NCBI RefSeq assembly: GCF_964355755.1
Contig: NC_092670.1
Coordinates: 28,446,388 to 28,510,387, forward strand
Length of the DNA: 64,000 nucleotides
Direction: 5' to 3'
Source: Antedon mediterranea
Lineage: Eukaryota > Animalia > Echinodermata
Position numbers and translations under genes: made by a program. The notes under the pieces were generated by a model, which made no database searches, was not told the origin of the DNA, and was given only the letters and a program-made list of their open reading frames with translations. Shown one piece after another: positions 10,732-22,441 of the stretch (position 1 is the stretch's first letter; each line of letters begins with the position of its first letter).

Positions 10732-11260
10732 AAATTAAAAATCCGGCTCTATAGCTTTGAGGACATGTCCCTGTAGTATGTTCATGCCAAATCCCAGCTC
10801 AATACTACAACGAATAAGGGAGGAGTAGTACTTTAAAAATCGCACTTTTTACTCAATAGTGTCCAGATGGAGGAAGAAGAGGAGAAAATGAGTAAGTCCT
10901 AGACTCGGGTACCCCGAGTAAAAAGCACGAATGTGCGATACTCGGGGTGCAGCAAAAGAAGCTGTAATGACGTCATAAGACGGGATGTGACGTCACATAC
11001 ACATCAATAACCTACCAAATACGGCTATATGGTACCATCTTCGAGACGTCATATGGCTGCATCCGGATTGAAATCTAAAAATTCGGCTCTATAGATTTGA
11101 GGACATGTCCCTGTAGTATATTCATGCTAAATCCCGGCTCAATACTACAACTAATAAGGGAGGAGTAGTACTTTAAAAATCGCACTTTTTACTCAATAGT
11201 GTCCAGATGGAGGAGAAGGAGAAAATGAGTAAGTATTAGACTCGGGTACCCCGAGTAAAA
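10732..11260 (-). mobile_element. Tandem HINE: 5'-half fragment (10732-10922) plus full copy (10923-11260)
   Basis: Same structure as 1716-2233. Confidence 0.75.
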
Positions 11261-12454
11261 ATATTTATTTTCAATTAAAAAAAAAAGAAAAAAAATATCC
11301 CTAGAGGTTCGCCCCACTACTCAGAGCACTCAAACCTGAGCATTACCCGTTACGCCACAAACCAGTAGATGACTGAAGAGCTGATAATATTCTATTTATA
11401 TGAAATGAATTATCAATCAATGAAAAATAATGCCATGCAACTTTGTTTCTGATTTTAAAAAAGATCCATTTGTTTAGGCCTGTCATTCACAACCGTAAAA
11501 AATATCTCATTTTCAAAAAAAATATTTATTTTCAATAAGAAAAAAAAAAGCAGTATCCCTAGAGGTTGGAACCTGCTACTGAGAGCACTCAAACCTGGGT
11601 ATTACTCGTTACGCCACAAACCAGTAGAAGAGCTGATAATAGTCTATTTATATGAAATTAATGATCAATCAATGAAAAATAATGCCATGCAACTTTGTTT
11701 CTGATTTTAAAAAAAGGTTCATTTGATTAGGCCTGACATTTACAACCCTCAAAATATCTCACTTTCAAAAACAATATTTATTTTCAATAAAAAAAAAAAA
11801 GAAACAAAATATCCCTAGAGGTTCGAACCCACTAGTGAGAGCACTCAAACTTGAGTATTACCCGTTACGCCACAAACCAGTAGATGACTGAAGAGCTGAT
11901 AATACTCTATTTATATGAAATAAATAATAAATCAATGAAAAATAATGCCATGCAACTTTGTTTCTGATTTTAAAAAAGGTCCACTTGTTTAGGCCTGATT
12001 TTTACAACTCTCAAAATATCTCACTTTCCCTAGAGGTTCGAACCCACTACTGAGAGCACTCAAACATGAGCATTATCCGTTAGGCCACAAACCAGTAGAT
12101 GACTGAGGAGCTGATAATAGTCTATTTATATGAAATGAATGATCAATCAATGAAAAATAATGCCATGCAACTTTGTTTCAGATTTTAAAAAAGGTCCACT
12201 TGTTTAGGCCTGACATTTACAACCCACAAAATATCTCACTTTCAAAAACAATATTTATTGTCTATTAAAAAAAAGAAAAGAAAAAAAATATTCGTAGAGG
12301 TTCGAACCCACTACTGAGAGAACTCAAACCTGAGCACTACTGGTTACCCCGCAAACCAGTAGATGAGTGAAGAGCTGATAATAGTCTATTTATATGAAAT
12401 GCTGAATAATCCATCAATGTAAAATGATGTTATGCAACTTTGTTTCTGATTTAA
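11257..12454 (-). repeat. ~260-bp tRNA-like satellite array, block 3
   Basis: Near-identical to 1-1200. Confidence 0.95.
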
Positions 12455-12534
12455 ACAAGCACGAATGTGCAATACTCGGGGTACAGCGAAAGAAGCTGTA
12501 TACAGACGTATACAGTTAGAAAGTAAAGAAAATA

Positions 12535-12605
12535 GGTTTCGCCAGGGCTCGAACCGGGACCTTCTGCGTGTTAAGCAGACTTGACAACCACTACACTACG
12601 AAACC
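12535..12605 (-). pseudogene. tRNA-Val(AAC)-derived copy, type A
   Basis: Matches 1281-1351. Confidence 0.85.
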
Positions 12606-12817
12606 TCTTACATTAAAAATGTGGGTTACAGAAAGTTTTTTAATCCATTTAAATTACAAATAAATGGTAATAAGCACAAAGCAAAATAAACATGTGTAAA
12701 AGTGATAATTACCGATTACACAAAATAAGTATTTTAAAAAATAATAAAAATAAGATATACTCTGTATAATTATCATATTGCGTATACAGTACTTTTCACC
12801 ATAAAGTTTAAAAAAAA

Positions 12818-12889
12818 GGTTTCGTCCGGGCTCGAACCAGGTACCTTCTGCGTGTTAAGCAAACGTGATAACCACTACGCCAAGAATCC
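12818..12889 (-). pseudogene. tRNA-Val(AAC)-derived copy, type B
   Basis: Matches 1564-1635. Confidence 0.8.
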
Positions 12890-12969
12890 GCATATAACCA
12901 TATAACTACATAACGCTGTGGTGTGTGTCACACATTGTGGCTTCTTAATTAAACAAATTAATGAACAAA

Positions 12970-13499
12970 AAATTAAAAATCCGGCTCTATAGCTTTGAGG
13001 ACATGTCCCTGTAGTATGTTCATGCCAAATCCCAGCTCAATACTATAACGAATAAGGGAGGAGTAGTACTTTAAAAATCGCACTTTTTACTCAATAGTGT
13101 CCAGATGGAGGAAGAGAAGGAGAAAATGAGTAAGTACTAGACTCGGGTACCCCGAGTAAAAAGCACGAATGTGCGATACTCGGGGTGCAGCAAAAGAAGC
13201 TGTAATGACGTCATAAGACGGGATGTGACGTCACATACACATCAATAACCTACCAAATACGGCTATATGGTACCATCTTCGAGACGTCATATGGCTGCAT
13301 CCGGATTGAAATCTAAAAATCCGGCTCTAAAGATTTGAGGACATGTCCCTGTAGTATATTCATGCTAAATCCCAGCTCAATACTACAGCTAATAAGGGAG
13401 GAGTAGTACTTTAAAAATCGCACTTTTTACTCAATAGTGTCCAGATGGAGGAAAAGGAGAAAATGAGTAAGTATTAGACTCGGGTACCCCGAGTAAAAA
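12970..13499 (-). mobile_element. Tandem HINE: 5'-half fragment plus full copy (13161-13499)
   Basis: Paralog of 1716-2233, with subTIRs and hairpins present. Confidence 0.75.
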
Positions 13500-16400
13500 T
13501 ATTTATTTTCAATTAAAAAAAAAAGAAAAAAAATATCCCTAGAGGTTCGCCCCACTACTCAGAGCACTCAAACCTGAGCATTACCCGTTACGCCACAAAC
13601 CAGTAGATGACTGAAGAGCTGATAATATTCTATTTATATGAAATGAATTATCAATCAATGAAAAATAATGCCATGCAACTTTGTTTCTGATTTTAAAAAA
13701 GATCCATTTGTTTAGGCCTGTCATTCACAACCCTAAAAAATATCTCATTTTCAAAAAAAATATTTATTTTCAATAAGAAAAAAAAAAGCAGTATCCCTAG
13801 AGGTTGGAACCTGCTACTGAGAGCACTCAAACCTGGGTATTACCCGTTACGCCACAAACCAGTAGATAACTGAAGAGCTGATAATAGTCTATTTATATGA
13901 AATTAATGATCAATCAATGAAAAATAATGCCATGCAACTTTGTTTCTGATTTTAAAAAAAGGTTCATTTGTTTAGGCCTGACATTTACAACCCTCAAAAT
14001 ATCTCACTTTCAAAAACAATATTTATTTTCAATAAAAAAAAAAAAGAAACAAAATATCCCTAGAGGTTCGAACCCACTAGTGAGAGCACTCAAACTTGAG
14101 TATTACCCGTTACGCCACAAACCAGTAGATGACTGAAGAGCTGATAATACTCTATTTATATGAAATAAATAATAAATCAATGAAAAATAATGCCATGCAA
14201 CTTTGTTTCTGATTTTAAAAAAGGTCCACTTGTTTAGGCCTGATTTTTACAACTCTCAAAATATCTCACTTCCCCTAGAGGTTCGAACCCACTACTGAGA
14301 GCACTCAAACATGAGCATTATCCGTTACGCCACAAACCAGTAGATGACTGAGGAGCTGATAATAGTCTATTTATATGAAATGAATGATCAATCAATGAAA
14401 AATAATGCCATGCAACTTTGTTTCAGATTTTAAAAAAGGTCCACTTGTTTAGGCCTGACATTTACAACCCTCAAAATATCTCACTTTCAAAAACAATATT
14501 TATTGTCTATTAAAAAAAAGAAAAGAAAAAAAATATTCGTAGAGGTTCGAACCCAATACTGCGAGAACTCAAACCTGAGCACTACCGGTTACGCCACAAA
14601 CCAGTAGATGAGTGAAGAGCTGATAATAGTCTATTTATATGAAATAAATGATCCATCAATGTAAAATGATGTTATGCAACTTTGTTTCTGATTTATAAAA
14701 AGGTCCACTTGGTTAGGCTTGACATAAAAATATCTCACTTTCAAAAACAATATTTATTTTCAAATAAAAAAAAAAGAAAAAAAAATATTCATAGAGGTTT
14801 GAACCCACTACTGAGAGAACTCAAACCTGAGCATTACCGGTTACGCCTCAAACCAGTAGATGAGTGAAGAGCTGATAATAGTCTATTTATATGAAATGCT
14901 GAATAATCCATCAATGTAAAATGATGTTATGCAACTTTGTTTCTGATTTAAAAAAAGGTCCACTTGGTTTGGCTTGACATTTAAAACCATAAAAATATCT
15001 CACTTTCAAAAACAATATTTATTTTCAAATAAAAAAAAAAGAAAAAAAAATATTCATAGAGGTTTGAACCCACTACTGAGAGAACTCAAACCTGAGCATT
15101 ACCGGTTACGCCACAAACCAGTAGATGAGTGAAGAGCTGATAATAGTCTATTTATATGAAATGCTGAATAATCCATCAATGTAAAATGATGTTATGCAAC
15201 TTTGTTTCTGATTTAAAAAAAGGTCCACTTGGTTAGGCTTGACATTTAAAACCATAAAAATATCTCACTTTCAAAAACAATATTTATTTTCAAATTAAAA
15301 AAAAAAAAAAAAAATATCCCTAGAAGTTCGAACCCACTATTGAAATCACTCAAACCTGAGCATTACCCGTTACGCCGCAAACCAGTATATGACTGAAGAG
15401 CTGATAAAAGTCTATTTATATGAAATGGATGATCAATCAATGAAAAATAATGCCATGCAACTTTGTTTCTGATTTTAAAAAAGGTTCACTTGTTTAGGCC
15501 TGACATTTACAACCCTCAAAATATCTCACTTTCAAAAACAATATTTATTTTCAATTAAAAAAAAAAGAAACAAAATATCCGTAGAGGTTCGAACCCACTA
15601 GTGAGAGCACTCAAACTTGAGTATTAGCCGTTACGCCACAAACCAGTAGATGACTGAAGAGCTGATAATACTCTATTTATATGAAATAAATAATAAATCA
15701 ATGAAAAATAATGCCATGCAACTTTGTTTCAGATTTTAAAAAAGGTCCACTTGTTTAGGCATGACATTTACAACCCTCAAAATATCTCATTTCAAAAACA
15801 ATATTTATTTTCAATTTAAAAAAAAAAAGAAAATAAATACCCGTACAGGTTCGAACCCACTACTGAGAGAACTAAAACCTGAGCATTACCCGTTACGCCA
15901 CAAACCAGTAGATGACTGAGGAGCTGATAATAATCTATATATATGAAATGAATGATCAATCAATGAAAAATAATGCCATGCAACTTTGTTTCTGATTTTT
16001 AAAAAGATCCATTTGTTTAGGCCTGACATTCACAACCCTAAAAAATATCTCATTTTAAAAAAAAATATTATTTTCAATAAGAAAAAAAAAAGCAATATCC
16101 CTAGAGGTTGGAACCCGCTATTCAGAGCACTCAAACCTAGGTATTACCCGTTACGCCACAAACCAGTAGATAACTGAAGAGCTGATAATATTCTATTTAT
16201 ATGAAATTAATGATCAATCAATGAAAAATAATGCCATGCAACTTTGTTTCTGATTTTAAAAAAGGTTAATTTGTTTAGGCCGGACATTTACAACCCTCAA
16301 AATATCTGACTTTAAAAAAAAAATATTTATTTTCAATTAAAAAAAAAGAAGAAAAGAAATATCCCTAGAGGTTCGAACCCACTACTGCGAGCACTCAAAC

Positions 16401-17189
16401 TTGAGCATTACCCGTTACGCCTCAAACCAGTAGATGACTGAAGAGCTGATAATACTCTATTTATATGAAATGAATAATAAATCAATTAAAAATAATGCCA
16501 TGCAACTTTGTTTCTGATTTTAAAAAAGGTCCACTTGTTTAGGCCTGACATTTACAACCCTCAAAATATCTCACCTTCAAAAAAAATATTTATTTTCAAT
16601 TAAAAAAAAAAAAAAAATATCCCTAGACGTTCGACCCACTACTCAGAGCACTCAAACCTGAGCATCACCCGTTACGCCACAAACCAGTAGATGACTGAAG
16701 AGCTGATAATAGTCTATTTATATGAAATGAATGATCCATCAATGTAAAATGATGCCATGCAACTTTGTTTCTGATTTTAAAAAAGGTTCATTTGTTTAGG
16801 CCTAACATTTACAACCCTCAAAATATCTCACTTTCAAAAAAAATATTTATTTTCAATAAGAAAAAAAAGCAATATCCCTAGAGGTTGGAACCGCTACTGA
16901 GACCACTCAAACCTGGGTATTATCCGTTACGCCACAAACCAGTAGATAACTGAAGAGCTGATAACAGTCTATTTATATGAAATTAATGATCAATCAATGA
17001 AAAATAATGCCATGCAACTTTGTTTCTGATTTTAAAAAAGGTTCATTTGTTTAGGCCTGACATTTACAACCCTCAAAATATCTCACTTTCAAAAAAAATA
17101 TTTATTTTCAATTAAAAAAAAAAGAAAAAAAAATATCCCTAGAGGTTCGACCCACTACTCAGAGCACTCAAACCTGAGCATTACCCGTT
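13496..17189 (-). repeat. ~260-bp tRNA-like satellite array, block 4 (~14 monomers)
   Basis: Tandem monomers, ending abruptly mid-monomer at ttacccgtt|ccattttgtg. Confidence 0.95.
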
Positions 17190-20100
17190 CCATTTTGTGA
17201 TTTTCGAAAAAAAATTGTTAACATAAAAACACCAAAGTGCTTAGAATAACTTCAAATCGCATTTGGAGACGTTTTAGACCATTTTGTGATTTTTAAAAAA
17301 ACTTGTTAACACAAAAACACCAAAGTGCTTAGAATAGCTTAAAATCGCATTTGGAGACGTTTTAGACCATTTTGTGATTTTCAAAATAACTTGTTAACAT
17401 AAAAACACCAAAGGGCTAAGAATAGCTTGAAATCGCAATTGGAGACATTTTAGACCATTTTGTGATTTTCGAAAAAACTCGTTAACATAAAAACACCAAA
17501 GTGCCTTTAATTGCTTCAAATCGCATTTGGAGACGTTTTAGACCATTTTGTGATTTTCGAAAAAACTCGTTAACATAAAAACATCAAAGTCCTTAAAATC
17601 ACATTAGAAACCGTTTTAGACCATTTTGAGCATTTCGATAAAACTTTTCACACAAAAACATCAAAGAGCACAAAATAGCTTAATATCGTATTTAAAAACG
17701 TTTTTGACCATTTTGAGCATTTCGACAAAAATTATTCACAAAAAACAGTAAAGTGTACAGAATAGCTTCAAATCGCATTTGGAGACATTTTAGAGCATTT
17801 TGTGATTTTCGAAAAAACTTGTTAACATAAAAACACCAAATTGCTTAGAATAGCTTAAAATCGCATTTGGAGACGTTTTAGACCATTATGTGACTTTCGA
17901 AAAAACTTGTTAACATAAAAACATCAAAGTGTACAAAATAACTTCAAATCGTATTTTGAGACATTTTAGACCCTTTTGTGATTTTCGAAAAAACTTGGTT
18001 ACACAAAAACACCAAAGTGCTTAAAATAGCTTCAAATCGCATTTGGAGACGTTTTAGACCATTTTGTGATTTTCGAAAAAACTTGTTAACATAAAAACAC
18101 CAAAGTGCTTAGAATAGCTTAAAATCGCATTTGTTGACGTTTTAGACCATTTTGTTATTTTCGAAATAACTCGTTACCATAAAAACACCAAAGTGCTTAG
18201 AAAAGCTTCAAATCGCATTTGGAGACATTTTAGACCATTTTGTGATATTCAAAAAAACTCGTTACCATAAAAACACCAAAGTGCTTAGAATTGCTTCAAG
18301 TCGCATTTGGAGACGTTTTAGACCATTTTGTGATTTTCTAAAAAAGTTGTTAACATAAAAACATCAAAGTGTTTAAAATCACATTAGAAACCGTTTTAGA
18401 CCATAATTGCTTAGAATAGCTTCAAATCGCGTTTGGAGACGTTTTAGACCATTTTCTGATTTTCGAAAAAACTTGTTAACATAAAAACACCAAAGTGCTA
18501 AGAATAGCTTGAAATTGCATTTGGAGACATTTTAGACTATTTTGTGGTTTTCGAAAAAATTCGTTAACTTAAAAACATCAAAGTGCTTAAAATCACATTA
18601 GAAACCGTTTTAGACCATTTTGAGCATTTCGATAAAACTTTTCACACAAAAACATCAAAGAGCACAAAATAGCTTAATATCGTATTTAAAAACGTTTTTG
18701 ACCATTTTGAGCATTTCGACAAAAATTATTCACACAAAACAGCAAAGTGTACAGAATAGCTTCAAATCGCATTTGGAGACGTTTTAGACCATTTTGTGAT
18801 TTTCGAAAAAACTTGTTAACATAAAAATACAAAATTGCTTAGAATAGCTTCAAATCGCATTTGGAGACGTTTTACACCATTTTGTGATTTTCGAAAAAAC
18901 TTGTTAACATAAAAACACCAAAGTGCTTAGAATAGCTTCAAATCGCATTTGGAGACGTTTTAGACCATTTTGTGACTTTCGAAAAACTTGTTAACATAAA
19001 AACATCAAAGTGTACAGAATAGCTTCAAATCGCATTTTGAGACATTTTAGACCCTTTTGTGATTTTCGAAAAAACTTGGTTACACAAAAACACCAAAGTG
19101 CTTAAAATAGCTTCAAATCGCATTTGGAGACGTTTTAGACCATTTTGTGATTTTCGAAAAAACTTGTTAACATAAAAACACCAAAGTGCTTAGAATAGCT
19201 TCAAATCGCATTTGGAGCCATTTTAGACCATTTTGTGATTTTCGAAAAAACTTGTTACCATAAAAACACCAAAGTGCTTAGAATTGCTTCAAATCGCATT
19301 TGGAGACGATTTAAACCATTTTGTGATTTTCTAAAAAAAGTTGTTAACATAAAAACACCAAAGGGCTAAGAATAGCTTGAAATCGCAATTGGAGACATTT
19401 TAGACCATTTTGTGATTTTCGAAAAAACTCGTTAACATAAAAACACCAAAGTGCCTTTAATTGCTTCAAATCGCATTTGGAGACGTTTTAGACCATTTTG
19501 TGATTTTCGAAAAAACTCGTTAACATAAAAACATCAAAGTCCTTAAAATCACATTAGAAACCGTTTTAGACCATTTTGAGCATTTCGATAAAACTTTTCA
19601 CACAAAAACATCAAAGAGCACAAAATAGCTTAATATCGTATTTAAAAACGTTTTTGACCATTTTGAGCATTTCGACAAAAATTATTCACAAAAAACAGTA
19701 AAGTGTACAGAATAGCTTCAAATCGCATTTGGAGACATTTTAGAGCATTTTGTGATTTTCGAAAAAACTTGTTAACATAAAAACACCAAATTGCTTAGAA
19801 TAGCTTAAAATCGCATTTGGAGACGTTTTAGACCATTTTGTGACTTTCGAAAAAACTTGTTAACATAAAAACATCAAAGTGTACAGAATAGCTTCAAATC
19901 GTATTTTGAGACATTTTAGACCCTTTTGTGATTTTCGAAAAAACTTGGTTACACAAAAACACCAAAGTGCTTAAAATAGCTTCAAATCGCATTTGGAGAC
20001 GTTTTAGACCATTTTGTGATTTTCGAAAAAACTTGTTAACATAAAAACACCAAAGTGCTTAGAATAGCTTAAAATCGCATTTGTTGACGTTTTAGACCAT

Positions 20101-22171
20101 TTTGTTATTTTCGAAATAACTCGTTACCATAAAAACACCAAAGTGCTTAGAAAAGCTTCAAATCGCATTTGGAGACATTTTAGACCATTTTGTGATATTA
20201 AAAAAAACTCGTTACCATAAAAACACCAAAGTGCTTAGAATTGCTTCAAGTCGCATTTGGAGACGTTTTAGACCATTTTGTGATTTTCTAAAAAAGTTGT
20301 TAACATAAAAACATCAAAGTGTTTAAAATCACATTAGAAACCGTTTTAGACCATAATTGCTTAGAATAGCTTCAAATCGCGTTTGGAGACGTTTTAGACC
20401 ATTTTCTGATTTTCGAAAAAACTTGTTAACATAAAAACACCAAAGTGCTAAGAATAGCTTGAAATTGCATTTGGAGACATTTTAGACTATTTTGTGGTTT
20501 TCGAAAAAATTCGTTAACTTAAAAACATCAAAGTGCTTAAAATCACATTAGAAACCGTTTTAGACCATTTTGAGCATTTCGATAAAACTTTTCACACAAA
20601 AACATCAAAGAGCACAAAATAGCTTAATATCGTATTTAAAAACGTTTTTGACCATTTTGAGCATTTCGACAAAAATTATTCACACAAAACAGCAAAGTGT
20701 ACAGAATAGCTTCAAATCGCATTTGGAGACGTTTTAGACCATTTTGTGATTTTCGAAAAAACTTGTTAACATAAAAACATCAAAGTGTACAGAATAGCTT
20801 CAAATCGCTTTTTGAGACATTATAGACCCTTTTGTGATTTTCGAAAAAACTTGGTTCCACAAAAACACCAAAGTGCTTAAAATAGCTTCAAATCGCATTT
20901 GGAGACGTTTTAGACCATTTTGTGATTTTCGAAAAAACTTGTTAACATAAAAACACCAAAGTGCTTAGAATAGCTTCAAATCGTATTTGGAGACGTTTTA
21001 GACCATTTTGTGACTTTCGAAAAACTTGTTAACGTAAAAACATCAAAGTGTACAGAATAGCTTCAAATCGCATTTTGAGACATTTTAGACCCTTTTGTGA
21101 TTTTCGAAAAAACTTGGTTACACAAAAACACCAAAGTGCTTAAAATAGCTTCAAATCGCATTTGGAGACGTTTTAGACCATTTTGTGATTTTCGAAAAAA
21201 CTTGTTAACATAAAAACACCAAAGTGCTTAGAATAGCTTCAAATCGCATTTGGAGACGTTTTAGACCATTTTATGATTTTCGAAAAAACTTGTAAACATA
21301 AAAACACCAAAGTGCTTAGAAAAGCTTCAAATCGCATTTGGAGACATTTTAGACCATTTTGTGATTTTCGAAAAAACTCGTTAACATAAAAACATCAAAG
21401 TGCTTAAAATCACATTAGAAACCGTTTTAGACCATTTTGAGCATTTCGATAAAACTTTTCACACAAAAACATCAAAGAGCACAAAATAGCTTAATATCGT
21501 ATTTAAAAACGTTTTTGACCATTTTGAGCATTTCGACAAAAATTATTCACACAAAACAGCAAAGTGTTTAGAATAGCTTCAAATCGCATTTGGAGACGTT
21601 TTAGACCATTTTGTTATTTTCGAAAAAACTTGTAAACATAAAAACACCAAAGTGCTTAGAAAAGCTTCAATTCGCATTTGGAGACATTTTAGACCATTTT
21701 GTGATATTCAAAAAAACTCGTTACCATAAAAACACCAAAGTGCTTAGAATTGCTTCAAATCGCATTTGGAGACGTTTTAGACCATTTTGTGATTTTCTAA
21801 AAAAGTTGTTAACATAAAAACATCAAAGTGCTTAAAATCACATTAGAAACCGTTTTAGACCATTTTGTGATTTTCTAAAAAAGTTGTTAACATAAAAACA
21901 CCAAAGTGCTTAGAATAGCTTCAAATCGCATTTGGAGACGTTTTAGACCATTTTGTGATTTTCGAAAAAACTTGTTAACATAAAAACATCAAAGTGTACA
22001 GAATAGCTTCAAATCGCTTTTTGAGACATTATAGACCCTTTTGTGATTTTCGAAAAAACTTGGTTCCACAAAAACACCAAAGTGCTTAGAATAGCTTCAA
22101 ATCGCATTTGGAGACGTTTTAGACCATTTTGTGATTTTCGAAAAAACTTGTAAACATAAAAACACCAAAGT
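17190..22171 (+). repeat. 88-bp satellite array (orientation A)
   Basis: Consensus aaaaacaccaaagtgcttagaatagcttcaaatcgcatttggagacgttttagaccattttgtgattttcgaaaaaacttgttaacat; the motif recurs at 17261, 17349 and 17437. Confidence 0.97.
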
Positions 22172-22441
22172 TAGGCCTTACGGTGAAGATGAAAACATTT
22201 TTTCTTGTTCCTCATTAAGCATAATAAGTGAACTCTCTTGATTCATATACATAAAAATAAATTAATCACGTATTAAAAAGTTCTACGAAAATTTTCCTGA
22301 CATTTTAAAGAAATCTTGATTTTAAAAGTATAAAAGAATATATTTTCGCAGTTGCCATTTTGTATCACATGACATCAGTTAAACCAATCATACGCGACGT
22401 TTAGGCAGCAGACGTCAAAATCAGCACGATGTAAACACGAA

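Noticed and set aside
268-16177. Short ORFs in the ~260-bp satellite, HINE and tRNA regions (also 46335-52137)
   Set aside because: Chance translations of repeats, with poly-Lys from A-tracts and frames that vary among monomers.
17255-17275. CENP-B-box-like tcgcatttggagacg in the 88-bp monomer
   Set aside because: Does not fit the TTCG-N4-A-N2-CGGG core.
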